Shown here piece after piece: positions 31,694 through 40,235 of a stretch of 64,000 nucleotides of DNA; within the stretch, counting starts at the first letter, position 1; every line of letters begins with the position of its first letter. The position numbers and the translations under genes were made by a program. The stretch is from a virus, in IMG/VR virus record IMGVR_UViG_3300045988_052780; one strand, 5' to 3'. Under the pieces are notes generated by a model. That model did no database searches, had not been told where the DNA came from, and worked only from the letters and a program-made list of their open reading frames with translations.

Positions 31694-32497
31694 TTAACGA
31701 TATTTATCGAATATGCTATCTGTAGCTTCAGTATCCCACATAGTAGCAATAATTGCTCCTATTTCATTTGCCTTAAAGACAATTGGATCCTCAAGCTGAC
31801 GTTTTCTAGCCTCTTCTTTACCTGAATACATTCTGATAGTTATATTATCTGTCATAGTATCATAGGGAGCTGCTATACACCAGTCACTGTCATTTAAGGT
31901 AAGTGGACTGAAGCTTACACTGTCCTCAACTTCTGGGTGTCCTATAGCACGCATATATTGCCATCCAGAAGAGATATCGTCCACTACAAACGGGAATCTT
32001 GAGAAGTATTCAACGATTTCATTTACTATACTCTTTGGCATATCGGAATCTATATCTATTCTAGGAACCCATTGCATGTTATTAATATTCCTTATTTTAC
32101 GCAATTCCTCTCCGGCCTTTACAATAGCTTCAATGTTCTCTTCAGGGATAACTCCCTTATAAGTTGAAATGGGACCACAAGCTAAGTTGTACTTCTTCAA
32201 TACTTTAAAGAAATCATCATAAGGAACTATCATACAAGAGGGACTAACTTTCTTGATTCTGTCAATAAGAGAGGCAATTTCATCTCTAGATTTACTAGAA
32301 CCTTTAGCAGTTAATAGAGTACGAAGTACTTCAGCATTCTTAGTTCTACCTAATCCATTAGCTTCCAGCTTAGCAATCTGAGCTTTAATATCTTCTGTCT
32401 TATCGACATTCTGCCCTTCCAAGTATTTCTTACAATACTCCATAGAAGCAACTACTAGGGCATTACGTAGAGCTTCTGCATTCAAATTATTTACCAT
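31694..32497 (-). CDS. hypothetical protein, paralog of 26545..27366
   Basis: See 26545..27366. Confidence 0.5.
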   Translation of the reverse strand: MVNNLNAEALRNALVVASMEYCKKYLEGQNVDKTEDIKAQIAKLEANGLGRTKNAEVLRTLLTAKGSSKSRDEIASLIDRIKKVSPSCMIVPYDDFFKVLKKYNLACGPISTYKGVIPEENIEAIVKAGEELRKIRNINNMQWVPRIDIDSDMPKSIVNEIVEYFSRFPFVVDDISSGWQYMRAIGHPEVEDSVSFSPLTLNDSDWCIAAPYDTMTDNITIRMYSGKEEARKRQLEDPIVFKANEIGAIIATMWDTEATDSIFDKYR

Positions 32498-32960
32498 TGT
32501 TATGACTTATTATACTAGTTATATAACGCACACTATACACTATGAACGAACAGCCACTACTTCCAGTTACTAAGAGTAAGAGTACACATATAAGCTGATT
32601 GTGCCAAGGTCCGTACTCGGTTCTAGATATATTAAAATAGAATGTATTCTTAACACCATTAATAATAGCCCTATTCCAGGTTGGAGTGTCTACGGCTAGC
32701 TTAAATGTGTTATTAAACCCTTCAGCTTGTAATACAAGTTTATTTACCTTCTTAGTAGTAGAATTACCATCTTGTGTAATAGTTTCATCCTCTACTATTC
32801 TGTCTATGACTTTGCATTTAACTCTGTGGTCAACATTCATATCATGCCAGAACTGAGTAGTATATACTTTAATACATAAACATAGTATTAACAAAGCTAC
32901 TATTGCAATCCTTCCTGAAACCTTTTCAATTTCAGGTCTTAAGTCAATTATTGTTGGCAT
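32487..32960 (-). CDS. membrane protein
   Basis: N-terminal TM (IAIVALLILCLCI) and C-terminal hydrophobic stretch. Confidence 0.4.
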   Translation of the reverse strand: MPTIIDLRPEIEKVSGRIAIVALLILCLCIKVYTTQFWHDMNVDHRVKCKVIDRIVEDETITQDGNSTTKKVNKLVLQAEGFNNTFKLAVDTPTWNRAIINGVKNTFYFNISRTEYGPWHNQLICVLLLLVTGSSGCSFIVYSVRYITSIISHNNGK

Positions 32961-33142
32961 CTTTTACACTTAATAATTGCGTTGCTGTATTCAGTCCTAA
33001 TTCATATGCTTCAGCAATCAATACCACTGCATCGGCTAATGTAAGCTTGTTATTATTTGCTTCAGCAAACTCACCTGCTTCTTCAAAGATTTCTTTCAAA
33101 TTATCTGCCATAATTAAATAAGTTTTAAAGTTACTACTCTAG

Positions 33143-33223
33143 TAGGGTAGGAGAGACTCGAACTCTCACACCCGAAGGCATCAGTGCCTAAAACTGACGT
33201 GTCTACCATTCCACCACTACCCC
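33143..33223 (-). tRNA. tRNA-Leu(TAG), type II
   Basis: GGGGTAG TG GTGGAATGGTAGACAC, anticodon stem TCAGT/ACTGA with loop TTTAGGC, long variable arm, T-stem GAGAG/CTCTC. Confidence 0.75.
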
Positions 33224-33440
33224 ATTACCGTTTTAATAATTTAATGAACTCATCTTCATTCCCCTTGTAGTATTGCTGAAGATATGCTATATATACAGCT
33301 TCATTCTTAACTATTTGAGGGAATTTATTCTCAAACTCAATTACTCTCTCTTCTCCAACTACGCTAACATGAAAGCCTCTAGCATCATTACTAGGACTGC
33401 ATAGCAACATAAATAAAATAACTATTAGATACTTCATTAT

Positions 33441-33471
33441 AAATAAAAGAAAGAGGAGTGTTGCCACTCCC
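33441..33471 (-). terminator. rho-independent terminator (minus strand) downstream of the AAA+ ATPase gene
   Basis: Minus strand has GGGAGTG-GCAA-CACTCC followed by TCTTTCTTTTATTTAT. Confidence 0.5.
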
Positions 33472-33497
33472 TTTCTAGTTTTAACCCAAAGTCAGTG

Positions 33498-34937
33498 TTA
33501 ATCTTTAAAGTCGTTACGACTATATTCGAAATAAGTTTCACACATCTTTAAAGTCGTTTCAATCTTATCGGCTCCAAGCAATCCTATTAACCCAGCGGCT
33601 AATTTATCAGCAGGAGTTTCGATAACAGCTTTCTTAGAAGCAAGACCAACTTGACGTTGATAGGATTCAACACTGGTTTTAATATGGAACGACGTTACAT
33701 GGGTCTCTTCAGTAAAGATAAGCTTAGACTTAGTAGATTCTACAATTTCAGCCATAAATGCCGGAGCAATCTGTGCTTTAGCAATGTAGTTACATACATC
33801 TGACAAGTCGTCGTCTACGCTATAACCTTCAGCTTCGGAGAATGTTTCACGAATAAACCTTTCAGCTGTTTCAGCATCAAGACAATCCATAGTAATCACA
33901 GAACCAATTCTTTTACCTCTTAAGAAGGTAGGTTCAATCAGCTCAATATGATTAGTAGTAAATAAAGTGATTACGTTCATATCTTTGGTATCGCCACCAT
34001 CCAAAGTATTCAGAATATCCTGCATTGCAGAATCTCTGTTACCTCTAGTTACCTGGTCAATATCCTCTACAAAGACAATAACACCATGACCTGAACGGTC
34101 TACCACTTTACACATACGGAGAGTTTCAGCTAACAGAGAAGGGTCTTTTAGATATACGAATGACCATCCGTTGTTTACCGCATCTTTGGCCAGTTTAAAT
34201 GCCAGTAGGGTCTTACCAGTACCATATTTACCTTCCAGTAAGCAGCCATACTTCAAAGGAATACCCTTTGCAATACATTTCTCTGGGTACAAGATTCTTG
34301 AACGAAGCGGTTGCAGCTCAAATTCTGTCTTCTTTGACAGAACCATAAACTGCTTATCGATACCGGCTAGAGTCATAATCTTCGGTTCACTCAGATTGGT
34401 AATTTCAAGTGCCTGGTTCTTATAGATAGATTCAGTTGCGAGCAATTCTTTAGTTCTTTCAACAATATCATCAATAAGAGATTGGTACTTGAATTGGCAC
34501 TGACCTTTAACCAATAGTAAATGACGGTCGTTGTCATAGTTAATATTGATTTCAGAATCCTCACCAAGTTCTTCCAAAGAGATTTTACCAAAAGGTACTT
34601 TAGTACGAGAGCCATCAGCTAAGATAACATCTACGGTGTCAATATTACTGTTGCCGGAAGGACTCTTATCCTCCTTACTAACAGCAGAACCAAACACTTC
34701 ATTGATAGCTCTATTCAGCTGATACACGCCATCTGGTTTCCAACATAGGAGTGTGTACTTGAATGATGCCATCTTCTTAGACTGCTTGATTTCGCCTTCA
34801 ATGAAGCCCAGAACGTCTGCATACTTCATATTACTTTGGCACACTTCGATGATTCTCTGTTTCTGAGATTCCTCGTACTTGTTAACTCTAGCTGCTATAG
34901 CAGCGGTGGTTCCTTGCGGAATAATGTTCTTCGCCAT
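33498..34937 (-). CDS. AAA+ ATPase (classic clade)
   Basis: Walker A GKYGTGKTLLA, Walker B VIVFVEDID, sensor-1 TTNH, and an arginine-finger region EPTFLRGKRIGS. Confidence 0.7.
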   Translation of the reverse strand: MAKNIIPQGTTAAIAARVNKYEESQKQRIIEVCQSNMKYADVLGFIEGEIKQSKKMASFKYTLLCWKPDGVYQLNRAINEVFGSAVSKEDKSPSGNSNIDTVDVILADGSRTKVPFGKISLEELGEDSEININYDNDRHLLLVKGQCQFKYQSLIDDIVERTKELLATESIYKNQALEITNLSEPKIMTLAGIDKQFMVLSKKTEFELQPLRSRILYPEKCIAKGIPLKYGCLLEGKYGTGKTLLAFKLAKDAVNNGWSFVYLKDPSLLAETLRMCKVVDRSGHGVIVFVEDIDQVTRGNRDSAMQDILNTLDGGDTKDMNVITLFTTNHIELIEPTFLRGKRIGSVITMDCLDAETAERFIRETFSEAEGYSVDDDLSDVCNYIAKAQIAPAFMAEIVESTKSKLIFTEETHVTSFHIKTSVESYQRQVGLASKKAVIETPADKLAAGLIGLLGADKIETTLKMCETYFEYSRNDFKD

Positions 34938-35227
34938 TACTTGTTAGGTTTATTAATCTTATTTACTTCCTTAATAATTGCCTCGCAATTCTCTCTGGTT
35001 GTAGTTAAACAACCTAATTGAATAATTGAACCATCTTGAGTGATGGTAAGATTCTTATCATCAATTGTGGTTCTACATTCACTTCCCCTAATAATACTTT
35101 TAATCAATGGGTAGGGTAATGCAGTATTCTTACAGAATATTACATTCTTGCCTTCCACATAAATGACATCGTAGCCGTCAATGCTACCTACTACCTTCCT
35201 CATAAAAGATTCTTATCATCAATTGTG

Positions 35228-35301
35228 TGGGCCCAGCCAGACTTGAACTGACAACCTCAACATTACGAGTGTTTTGCTCTAACCAATTGAGCTATGAGCC
35301 C
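35228..35301 (-). tRNA. tRNA-Thr(CGT)
   Basis: GGGCTCA TA GCTC AATTGGTTA GAGC, anticodon loop CTCGTAA (one A:G mismatch at 27:43), T-loop TTCAAGT. Confidence 0.7.
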
Positions 35302-35383
35302 TTAATTCTTTAAGACTAACACAATTAATAGTAAGGTCTTATTAATAACAAACTCATTAACATATTAAAATCATAATTAGTAG

Positions 35384-35454
35384 TTGGACCACCAGGATTC
35401 GAACCTGGACAAACAGAACCAAAACCTGTTGTGCTGCCGTTACACCATAGTCCA
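35384..35454 (-). tRNA. tRNA-Gln(TTG)
   Basis: U1:A72 acceptor TGGACTA/TGGTCCA, anticodon stem ACAGG/TCTGT with loop TTTTGGT, T-arm CCAGG TTCGAAT CCTGG. Confidence 0.7.
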
Positions 35455-35469
35455 ATTACTAAGGGAATA

Positions 35470-36516
35470 CTATGACTCCCTTACATACTCTTCATAAATA
35501 TACAGTTCAAAGTTAGGTCTTATAAACATATCTTTGTCTGTAGCTTCGTCCCAATGAGTAACTATAACCTTCTTGCGAACGTTATGGCTAAACATAGAAT
35601 CAATATTGAGACTATGCCTAAACAAAACTGGATCAAACTCTATAGCCCGGAAAGATTTCTGAAAGTCGTTAAATTGGTTGTTGGGGTCTACAACAGGTCT
35701 AACTGGCTTATCAGAAGGAAACGGACCGTTACCATGACGCGTTATGTATGGTCTAGTAACGTAATTAACCGTAACGGTGTCATTACATCCAATTTGTTTT
35801 AGTATTCGATGAGCATTCTGTGATGTTGTATTAGATGGAGTGCAATGGGGCATTATTCCGAATCTTTGGTCTAATAATATACCTTGAGAACCTTCAAAGA
35901 TAAGATTGTCGTAATCTTCCCATATAGCTTCTAAGGTACTTACTTGGACAGTGTTGAAATATGCATTCACAGTTCTGCACCAATTATCCAAGTCAATTGA
36001 TGGATATACACTATTCATGTGATAATAGTTGTCTGCTATTGCATTAACTTTCTCCCTAAGAATATGTATATTCAAGCAATCTATAACCATAAGATTATAC
36101 CCCGACTTCACTCGGTCTAAACACGTTTTAAAACCAGTCCCTACAGTACCATGACGTAGATTTACTACGTCACTTACTTGGGAATAGACGTCGAATGGTA
36201 CTATGACTTGACATAATGGATTATAAATAATTTTAGGAGTAATACCTAATTTCTTTAAATCCATTGCTTCAAGTGTAGAGGTTACTGGGTCTACAGTACA
36301 GTATTCAGACCAATATGTAGGCACTCCTAGCAAGGTTCCACTTCCAAAGTTACTAAATGTGTGCATAAGGTCTCCGTATTTAACAGTATGGCCAACTTGA
36401 TGTCCACCACTAAACCTTATTACAAGTGAGTTCTCTGGATTCTTAGCACATATATTATGTACCGTCTGTCCCTTACCTTCATCGCCCATAAATGAGCCTA
36501 ACACTATACTAATCAT
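35470..36516 (-). CDS. purA: adenylosuccinate synthetase (PurA)-like, shortened. The ORF-track start at 36624 is probably too far upstream; the likely start is the internal Met before GSFMGDEGKG.
   Basis: GDEGKGQ P-loop and RFSGGHQVGHTV motif match PurA (GDEGKGK / GGHNAGHTV). Confidence 0.7.
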   Translation of the reverse strand: MISIVLGSFMGDEGKGQTVHNICAKNPENSLVIRFSGGHQVGHTVKYGDLMHTFSNFGSGTLLGVPTYWSEYCTVDPVTSTLEAMDLKKLGITPKIIYNPLCQVIVPFDVYSQVSDVVNLRHGTVGTGFKTCLDRVKSGYNLMVIDCLNIHILREKVNAIADNYYHMNSVYPSIDLDNWCRTVNAYFNTVQVSTLEAIWEDYDNLIFEGSQGILLDQRFGIMPHCTPSNTTSQNAHRILKQIGCNDTVTVNYVTRPYITRHGNGPFPSDKPVRPVVDPNNQFNDFQKSFRAIEFDPVLFRHSLNIDSMFSHNVRKKVIVTHWDEATDKDMFIRPNFELYIYEEYVRES

Positions 36517-36520
36517 GATT

Positions 36521-37441
36521 TTAATAGAAATTTTGTTTGTCTTCGGTAGTTGTACTACTAGAAGCATCACTAGGAGTTTCTGCATACACAGGCTCCTCGT
36601 AATTGTCTTTAATTGCTTTAGCAATTACTTTATCCACTTCATCAGATTTGCACATTAGTACATTCTGTCCAAGTAGATTCTTCCAAGATTCAGCCACCCT
36701 TGTGCCATAACTGGCATTAGTAATGTGAATGTGGAATACATGGTACTGCTCTTGTGCTTTCAGAATTGCTTCATTAGCACTAATAGAACCAGCACCTTTT
36801 TGATACCCTAGAATTTCAGTCAAACTGTTACCTGGGATTCCTTGTAGATTAGGTTCATCACCAATAGTAAACAAGAATCCTTTAGTGTGTCTTTTGAACC
36901 AAGAATCGGTTTCAGTGTGATATCCTGCAACTATGTGAGCTAATAAATAGCTCTCACCTGCATTACCACCACCTCCACCTTCTATTACTAAGGACTCTAA
37001 TGAATTTAGAATCTTCTCAGTATCAGATTCAAACTGTCCAACCTGAATAGGATATCTATCGAATTCGTGGTCTCCAACTGCCATAAACAACAATTGAGGA
37101 TCACGTACTCCCATTTGCATGACAGAATCCATAATCTTAGGTAAATGGTTCTTAATCATTTCATAAGGAGTATTCATCATTGAACCAGTAACATCTAGTG
37201 CAATGATTATCGGAGTAGAGTATGGATGTTCTTGAGAGTCACGACACTCACGAACTCCAACATTGACCATTTCAGCTTTAACTTGAGTATTAAAGCTACG
37301 TGCATTTACATTAAATGACGCTGCTGTATTACTAGCATTTACTGAAATGTTCTTAAAGAGCTGGTCACGCGATGCTTTAGCATATCCTCTATCATCGGAT
37401 AAAGTTCTATAAGCAATACTACTGTAAACACCACTTCCCAT
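36521..37441 (-). CDS. von Willebrand factor A (vWA) domain protein
   Basis: MIDAS motif IIIALDVTGSM (DxSxS) at the start of an alpha/beta domain. Confidence 0.65.
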   Translation of the reverse strand: MGSGVYSSIAYRTLSDDRGYAKASRDQLFKNISVNASNTAASFNVNARSFNTQVKAEMVNVGVRECRDSQEHPYSTPIIIALDVTGSMMNTPYEMIKNHLPKIMDSVMQMGVRDPQLLFMAVGDHEFDRYPIQVGQFESDTEKILNSLESLVIEGGGGGNAGESYLLAHIVAGYHTETDSWFKRHTKGFLFTIGDEPNLQGIPGNSLTEILGYQKGAGSISANEAILKAQEQYHVFHIHITNASYGTRVAESWKNLLGQNVLMCKSDEVDKVIAKAIKDNYEEPVYAETPSDASSSTTTEDKQNFY

Positions 37442-37443
37442 GA

Positions 37444-37824
37444 TTAATTATCTAATGGGTTAGTAATGTCTCCTTTTACATCATCCAAATTAATGGATTC
37501 TGTTGCATCAGCAGGAAATTCTTCTTCGTCTACCTGCATGGCTAGAGCAAGTTCAATCTTTGCAACACGCAGTTTACGTGCCAATTCATGTCTTGTTTTT
37601 ACCCATTCAGCCGGATTCAGATTCTCTCCCGGATTCAAAGAGTCTCTTGATTTAACGGCAAGATCATTATGCTTATTGATTTCTCCCTGAATACGGAGTA
37701 CTTTCAACTTGCAGTCCTGAACGAATCTGTCTTCTTCAATTTTAGTCAATTCATACAGATTCTGTGCTCTTGCATCAAGTACACTCTGACCACTCTTACT
37801 CAATTTCTCTTTAAAACTGCTCAT
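37444..37824 (-). CDS. hypothetical coiled-coil protein
   Basis: 126-aa ORF. Confidence 0.4.
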   Translation of the reverse strand: MSSFKEKLSKSGQSVLDARAQNLYELTKIEEDRFVQDCKLKVLRIQGEINKHNDLAVKSRDSLNPGENLNPAEWVKTRHELARKLRVAKIELALAMQVDEEEFPADATESINLDDVKGDITNPLDN

Positions 37825-37906
37825 TTACATTTCACTTTAACATGTTAACTTCATAAGCATCTCTGTGTGTTAAAAATAATCTAACAATAGCCTAAGACTA
37901 TCATCG

Positions 37907-37979
37907 AGCCTCCTACCGGAATCGAACCGATAACCTATCGCTTACAAGACGATTGCTCTGCCAGTTGAGCTAAGGAGGC
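37907..37979 (-). tRNA. tRNA-Thr(TGT)
   Basis: GCCTCCT TA GCTC AACTGGCA GAGC A ATCGT CTTGTAA GCGAT, T-arm ATCGG TTCGATT CCGGT. Confidence 0.8.
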
Positions 37980-38042
37980 AATTTCAGAAGACTTTGATAT
38001 AAAACTATACTGCTGTAGTCTTCTTATGCAAATCAAAGATTG

Positions 38043-38114
38043 CGGTGCATACGGGAATCGAACCCGTACCCCAAGATAGACAGTCTAGTATCCTAACCTT
38101 TAGACCAATGCACC
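38043..38114 (-). tRNA. tRNA-Asp(GTC)
   Basis: GGTGCAT TG GTCT AAAGGTTA GGAT, anticodon loop CTGTCTA (one T:T mismatch in the stem), T-arm ACGGG TTCGATT CCCGT. Confidence 0.65.
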
Positions 38115-38137
38115 ATAGAGCTAGCTTACCTACACTT

Positions 38138-38176
38138 AACTTCCGTTCCCGGACACAGGATTCAACTTCCGTTCCC
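38138..38176. repeat. tandem direct repeat aacttccgttccc (2 copies, 38138..38150 and 38164..38176) in a 320-nt ORF-free spacer between tRNA-Asp and tRNA-Glu
   Basis: Read directly from the sequence. Confidence 0.6.
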
Positions 38177-38441
38177 AAGTGTATTGTCTCTTCCCGCCAG
38201 CTGAGGTATTCCCAATGTTATTGATAGGTGTCCATCTCTTCAAATAACTTGGTATGCTAATGAGACTGGGCATATTTTAACTTAATTAAGTCTACAGAGG
38301 GTGGGTGTTAGCCGTTTCTATCCCACCATTGCGTACTACAGTGCTAACTACCGTCTAAGCTTCCATCCCTTACGTCGCCTTAGAGTGTACATGATTATTA
38401 TTGCCTAATCAGTTACTTGATTGGAAGGATTATGTACAAGG

Positions 38442-38514
38442 TATTCCCAACGGGGCTCGAACCCGTATTTCCACCGTGAAAGGGTGATTACCTAACCAGT
38501 TAGTAGATGGGAAT
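38442..38514 (-). tRNA. tRNA-Glu(TTC)
   Basis: ATTCCCA/TGGGAAT acceptor, anticodon stem TCACC/GGTGG with loop CTTTCAC, T-arm ACGGG TTCGAGC CCCGT. Confidence 0.75.
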
Positions 38515-38754
38515 ATAAGAGTCATGAATAGGAGGTATAAGCATAGTCTAAAACTAACTCAAAGGCTAAGACCAGCTGCATGAGCAAAGACAAAGATAAC
38601 GACCTTTAAGGGATTCGTTTTTATATGCAGCTGTCAGTACATTTTATAAGTTAATATGCCAAGATCTGTGGAACAGATCTTAAAATTGCTATAAACTTTT
38701 ATACCTTTCCTATTCATGTAAAGAGAGATTAGAATCTAAAGCAATTCAGGTTCT

Positions 38755-39642
38755 CTACACCTCAGTAGTGAGAGCTTTCAGCTTCTCATATGTCTTAGTA
38801 AGAGCTTCTGGAATAACAATCTTAAGAGCAGCAATCTTACTACGCTCTTCAATTTGCCAAGTTCTGAACTCAGTTCCTTTAGTTTGCATTGTCATACTAT
38901 AGACTTCACTTGCATCCCTATACTTACGTTCAAGTTCCAGATTGTGTTCCTCAACAAGCTTCTTGATTCTGTATTTGTACTTATTTAATGCTCCTTCAAC
39001 ATTTCTATGTTTCTGTTGTAGTTGCATATAACAATCCTCTACTAAATCAGAGCTAATTGATGGGACGAAATGATACATCATTGCATTGACACCTTCTCCT
39101 ACTAGCTTATTAGGCTGCACCATACGTTTCATCATATCAGTACGTGCCATAGAGAATGGTTTGTCTGGATGGATAAACTTACCTAGAGTGGCTGCTTCAG
39201 CTTCTAAGTTATAATATTCCATTCTTTCTGCAATAGAGAATGTAGCAATGGCATCCTTCTCATTCCACATAATACCTCTTTCAGGAACTTCGGGCATTTC
39301 GGAAAGATTCTCAAGGTAATCACATAGATCAGCATTATCAATGAGGCTTAGTTCCTCATCCTTAGCCTTAATAGCTTCACGCATCCAAGCGCAGAAAGTA
39401 TTCATTTCAGCGATTTCTTCAAGAAGTTCTGGTATAGAAGATAGATATTGTTCGTTTCTACCTTCAGTTAAAATGGAAGCTTGACCTCCACTTAACAATC
39501 TTACAGTACTCGTAATAAATCCCACACCCTCTAAGGCTCTGCGATTAGATTCCATACATTCTTTAGCCAAATTAGCTAAATGATTAGCGGAAGTAGAAGT
39601 AATTCCCTTCTCGCCAAAGAACACACGATTAATTTCCTTCAT
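38755..39642 (-). CDS. hypothetical protein
   Basis: 295-aa ORF. Confidence 0.45.
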   Translation of the reverse strand: MKEINRVFFGEKGITSTSANHLANLAKECMESNRRALEGVGFITSTVRLLSGGQASILTEGRNEQYLSSIPELLEEIAEMNTFCAWMREAIKAKDEELSLIDNADLCDYLENLSEMPEVPERGIMWNEKDAIATFSIAERMEYYNLEAEAATLGKFIHPDKPFSMARTDMMKRMVQPNKLVGEGVNAMMYHFVPSISSDLVEDCYMQLQQKHRNVEGALNKYKYRIKKLVEEHNLELERKYRDASEVYSMTMQTKGTEFRTWQIEERSKIAALKIVIPEALTKTYEKLKALTTEV

Positions 39643-39666
39643 ATAAATCCTTATTAATTAAGTTAG

Positions 39667-39739
39667 TACCGGGTACGGGATTTGAACCCGTGTTACATGT
39701 GTGAGAGACATGTGTCCTATCCAATTAGACGAACCCGAC
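39667..39739 (-). tRNA. tRNA-Glu(CTC) (tentative; acceptor has two G:U pairs)
   Basis: Perfect anticodon stem CATGT/ACATG with loop CTCTCAC, D-stem GTC/GAC, T-arm ACGGG TTCAAAT CCCGT. Confidence 0.55.
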
Positions 39740-39744
39740 ATCCG

Positions 39745-40032
39745 TTATGCCTTCCAGAAAGTGAATTCTGCATCACTTCCTCTTCCTACGTACTTTACTC
39801 CGAATCCATTGGCTCTATAAATAGGTTCTACGTCCAGCCAATGATTCTTAATAGCTTCTTCCTCTGTTATATTATCAGATGCTATATAGGCGATCACATC
39901 TGATTGTTTAAACGCGGAAACCAGACCATTCCAATTCTTAACTATTAAAGTATTAAAAGCTAAGATAACCGCATCGGGTATAGACTTAAAGTCTCTACTC
40001 ATCAATTCCCTTGAATTTAACACTTTCACCAT
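39745..40032 (-). CDS. hypothetical protein
   Basis: 95-aa ORF. Confidence 0.35.
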   Translation of the reverse strand: MVKVLNSRELMSRDFKSIPDAVILAFNTLIVKNWNGLVSAFKQSDVIAYIASDNITEEEAIKNHWLDVEPIYRANGFGVKYVGRGSDAEFTFWKA

Positions 40033-40082
40033 AATTTTAGTAATTAGGTTAATAATAATTTCACAACTCTTATTAATCAGCG

Positions 40083-40171
40083 CGGAGGCAGCTGGATTCG
40101 AACCAGCGGAACCCTTTTAGAGGTTCGGAGTCTTAGCAGGACTCTGGTATAGACCACTCACCCATACCTCC
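40083..40171 (-). tRNA. tRNA-Ser(GCT), type II
   Basis: GGAGGTA TG GGTGAGTGGTCTATACC, anticodon stem GAGTC/GACTC with loop CTGCTAA, 20-nt variable arm, T-arm GCTGG TTCGAAT CCAGC, discriminator G. Confidence 0.8.
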
Positions 40172-40235
40172 AATTACAGAAGACCTTGCTGTATCATTAC
40201 TAATGCTGTTCGTCTTCTTAAGCTGTAAAAGATTG

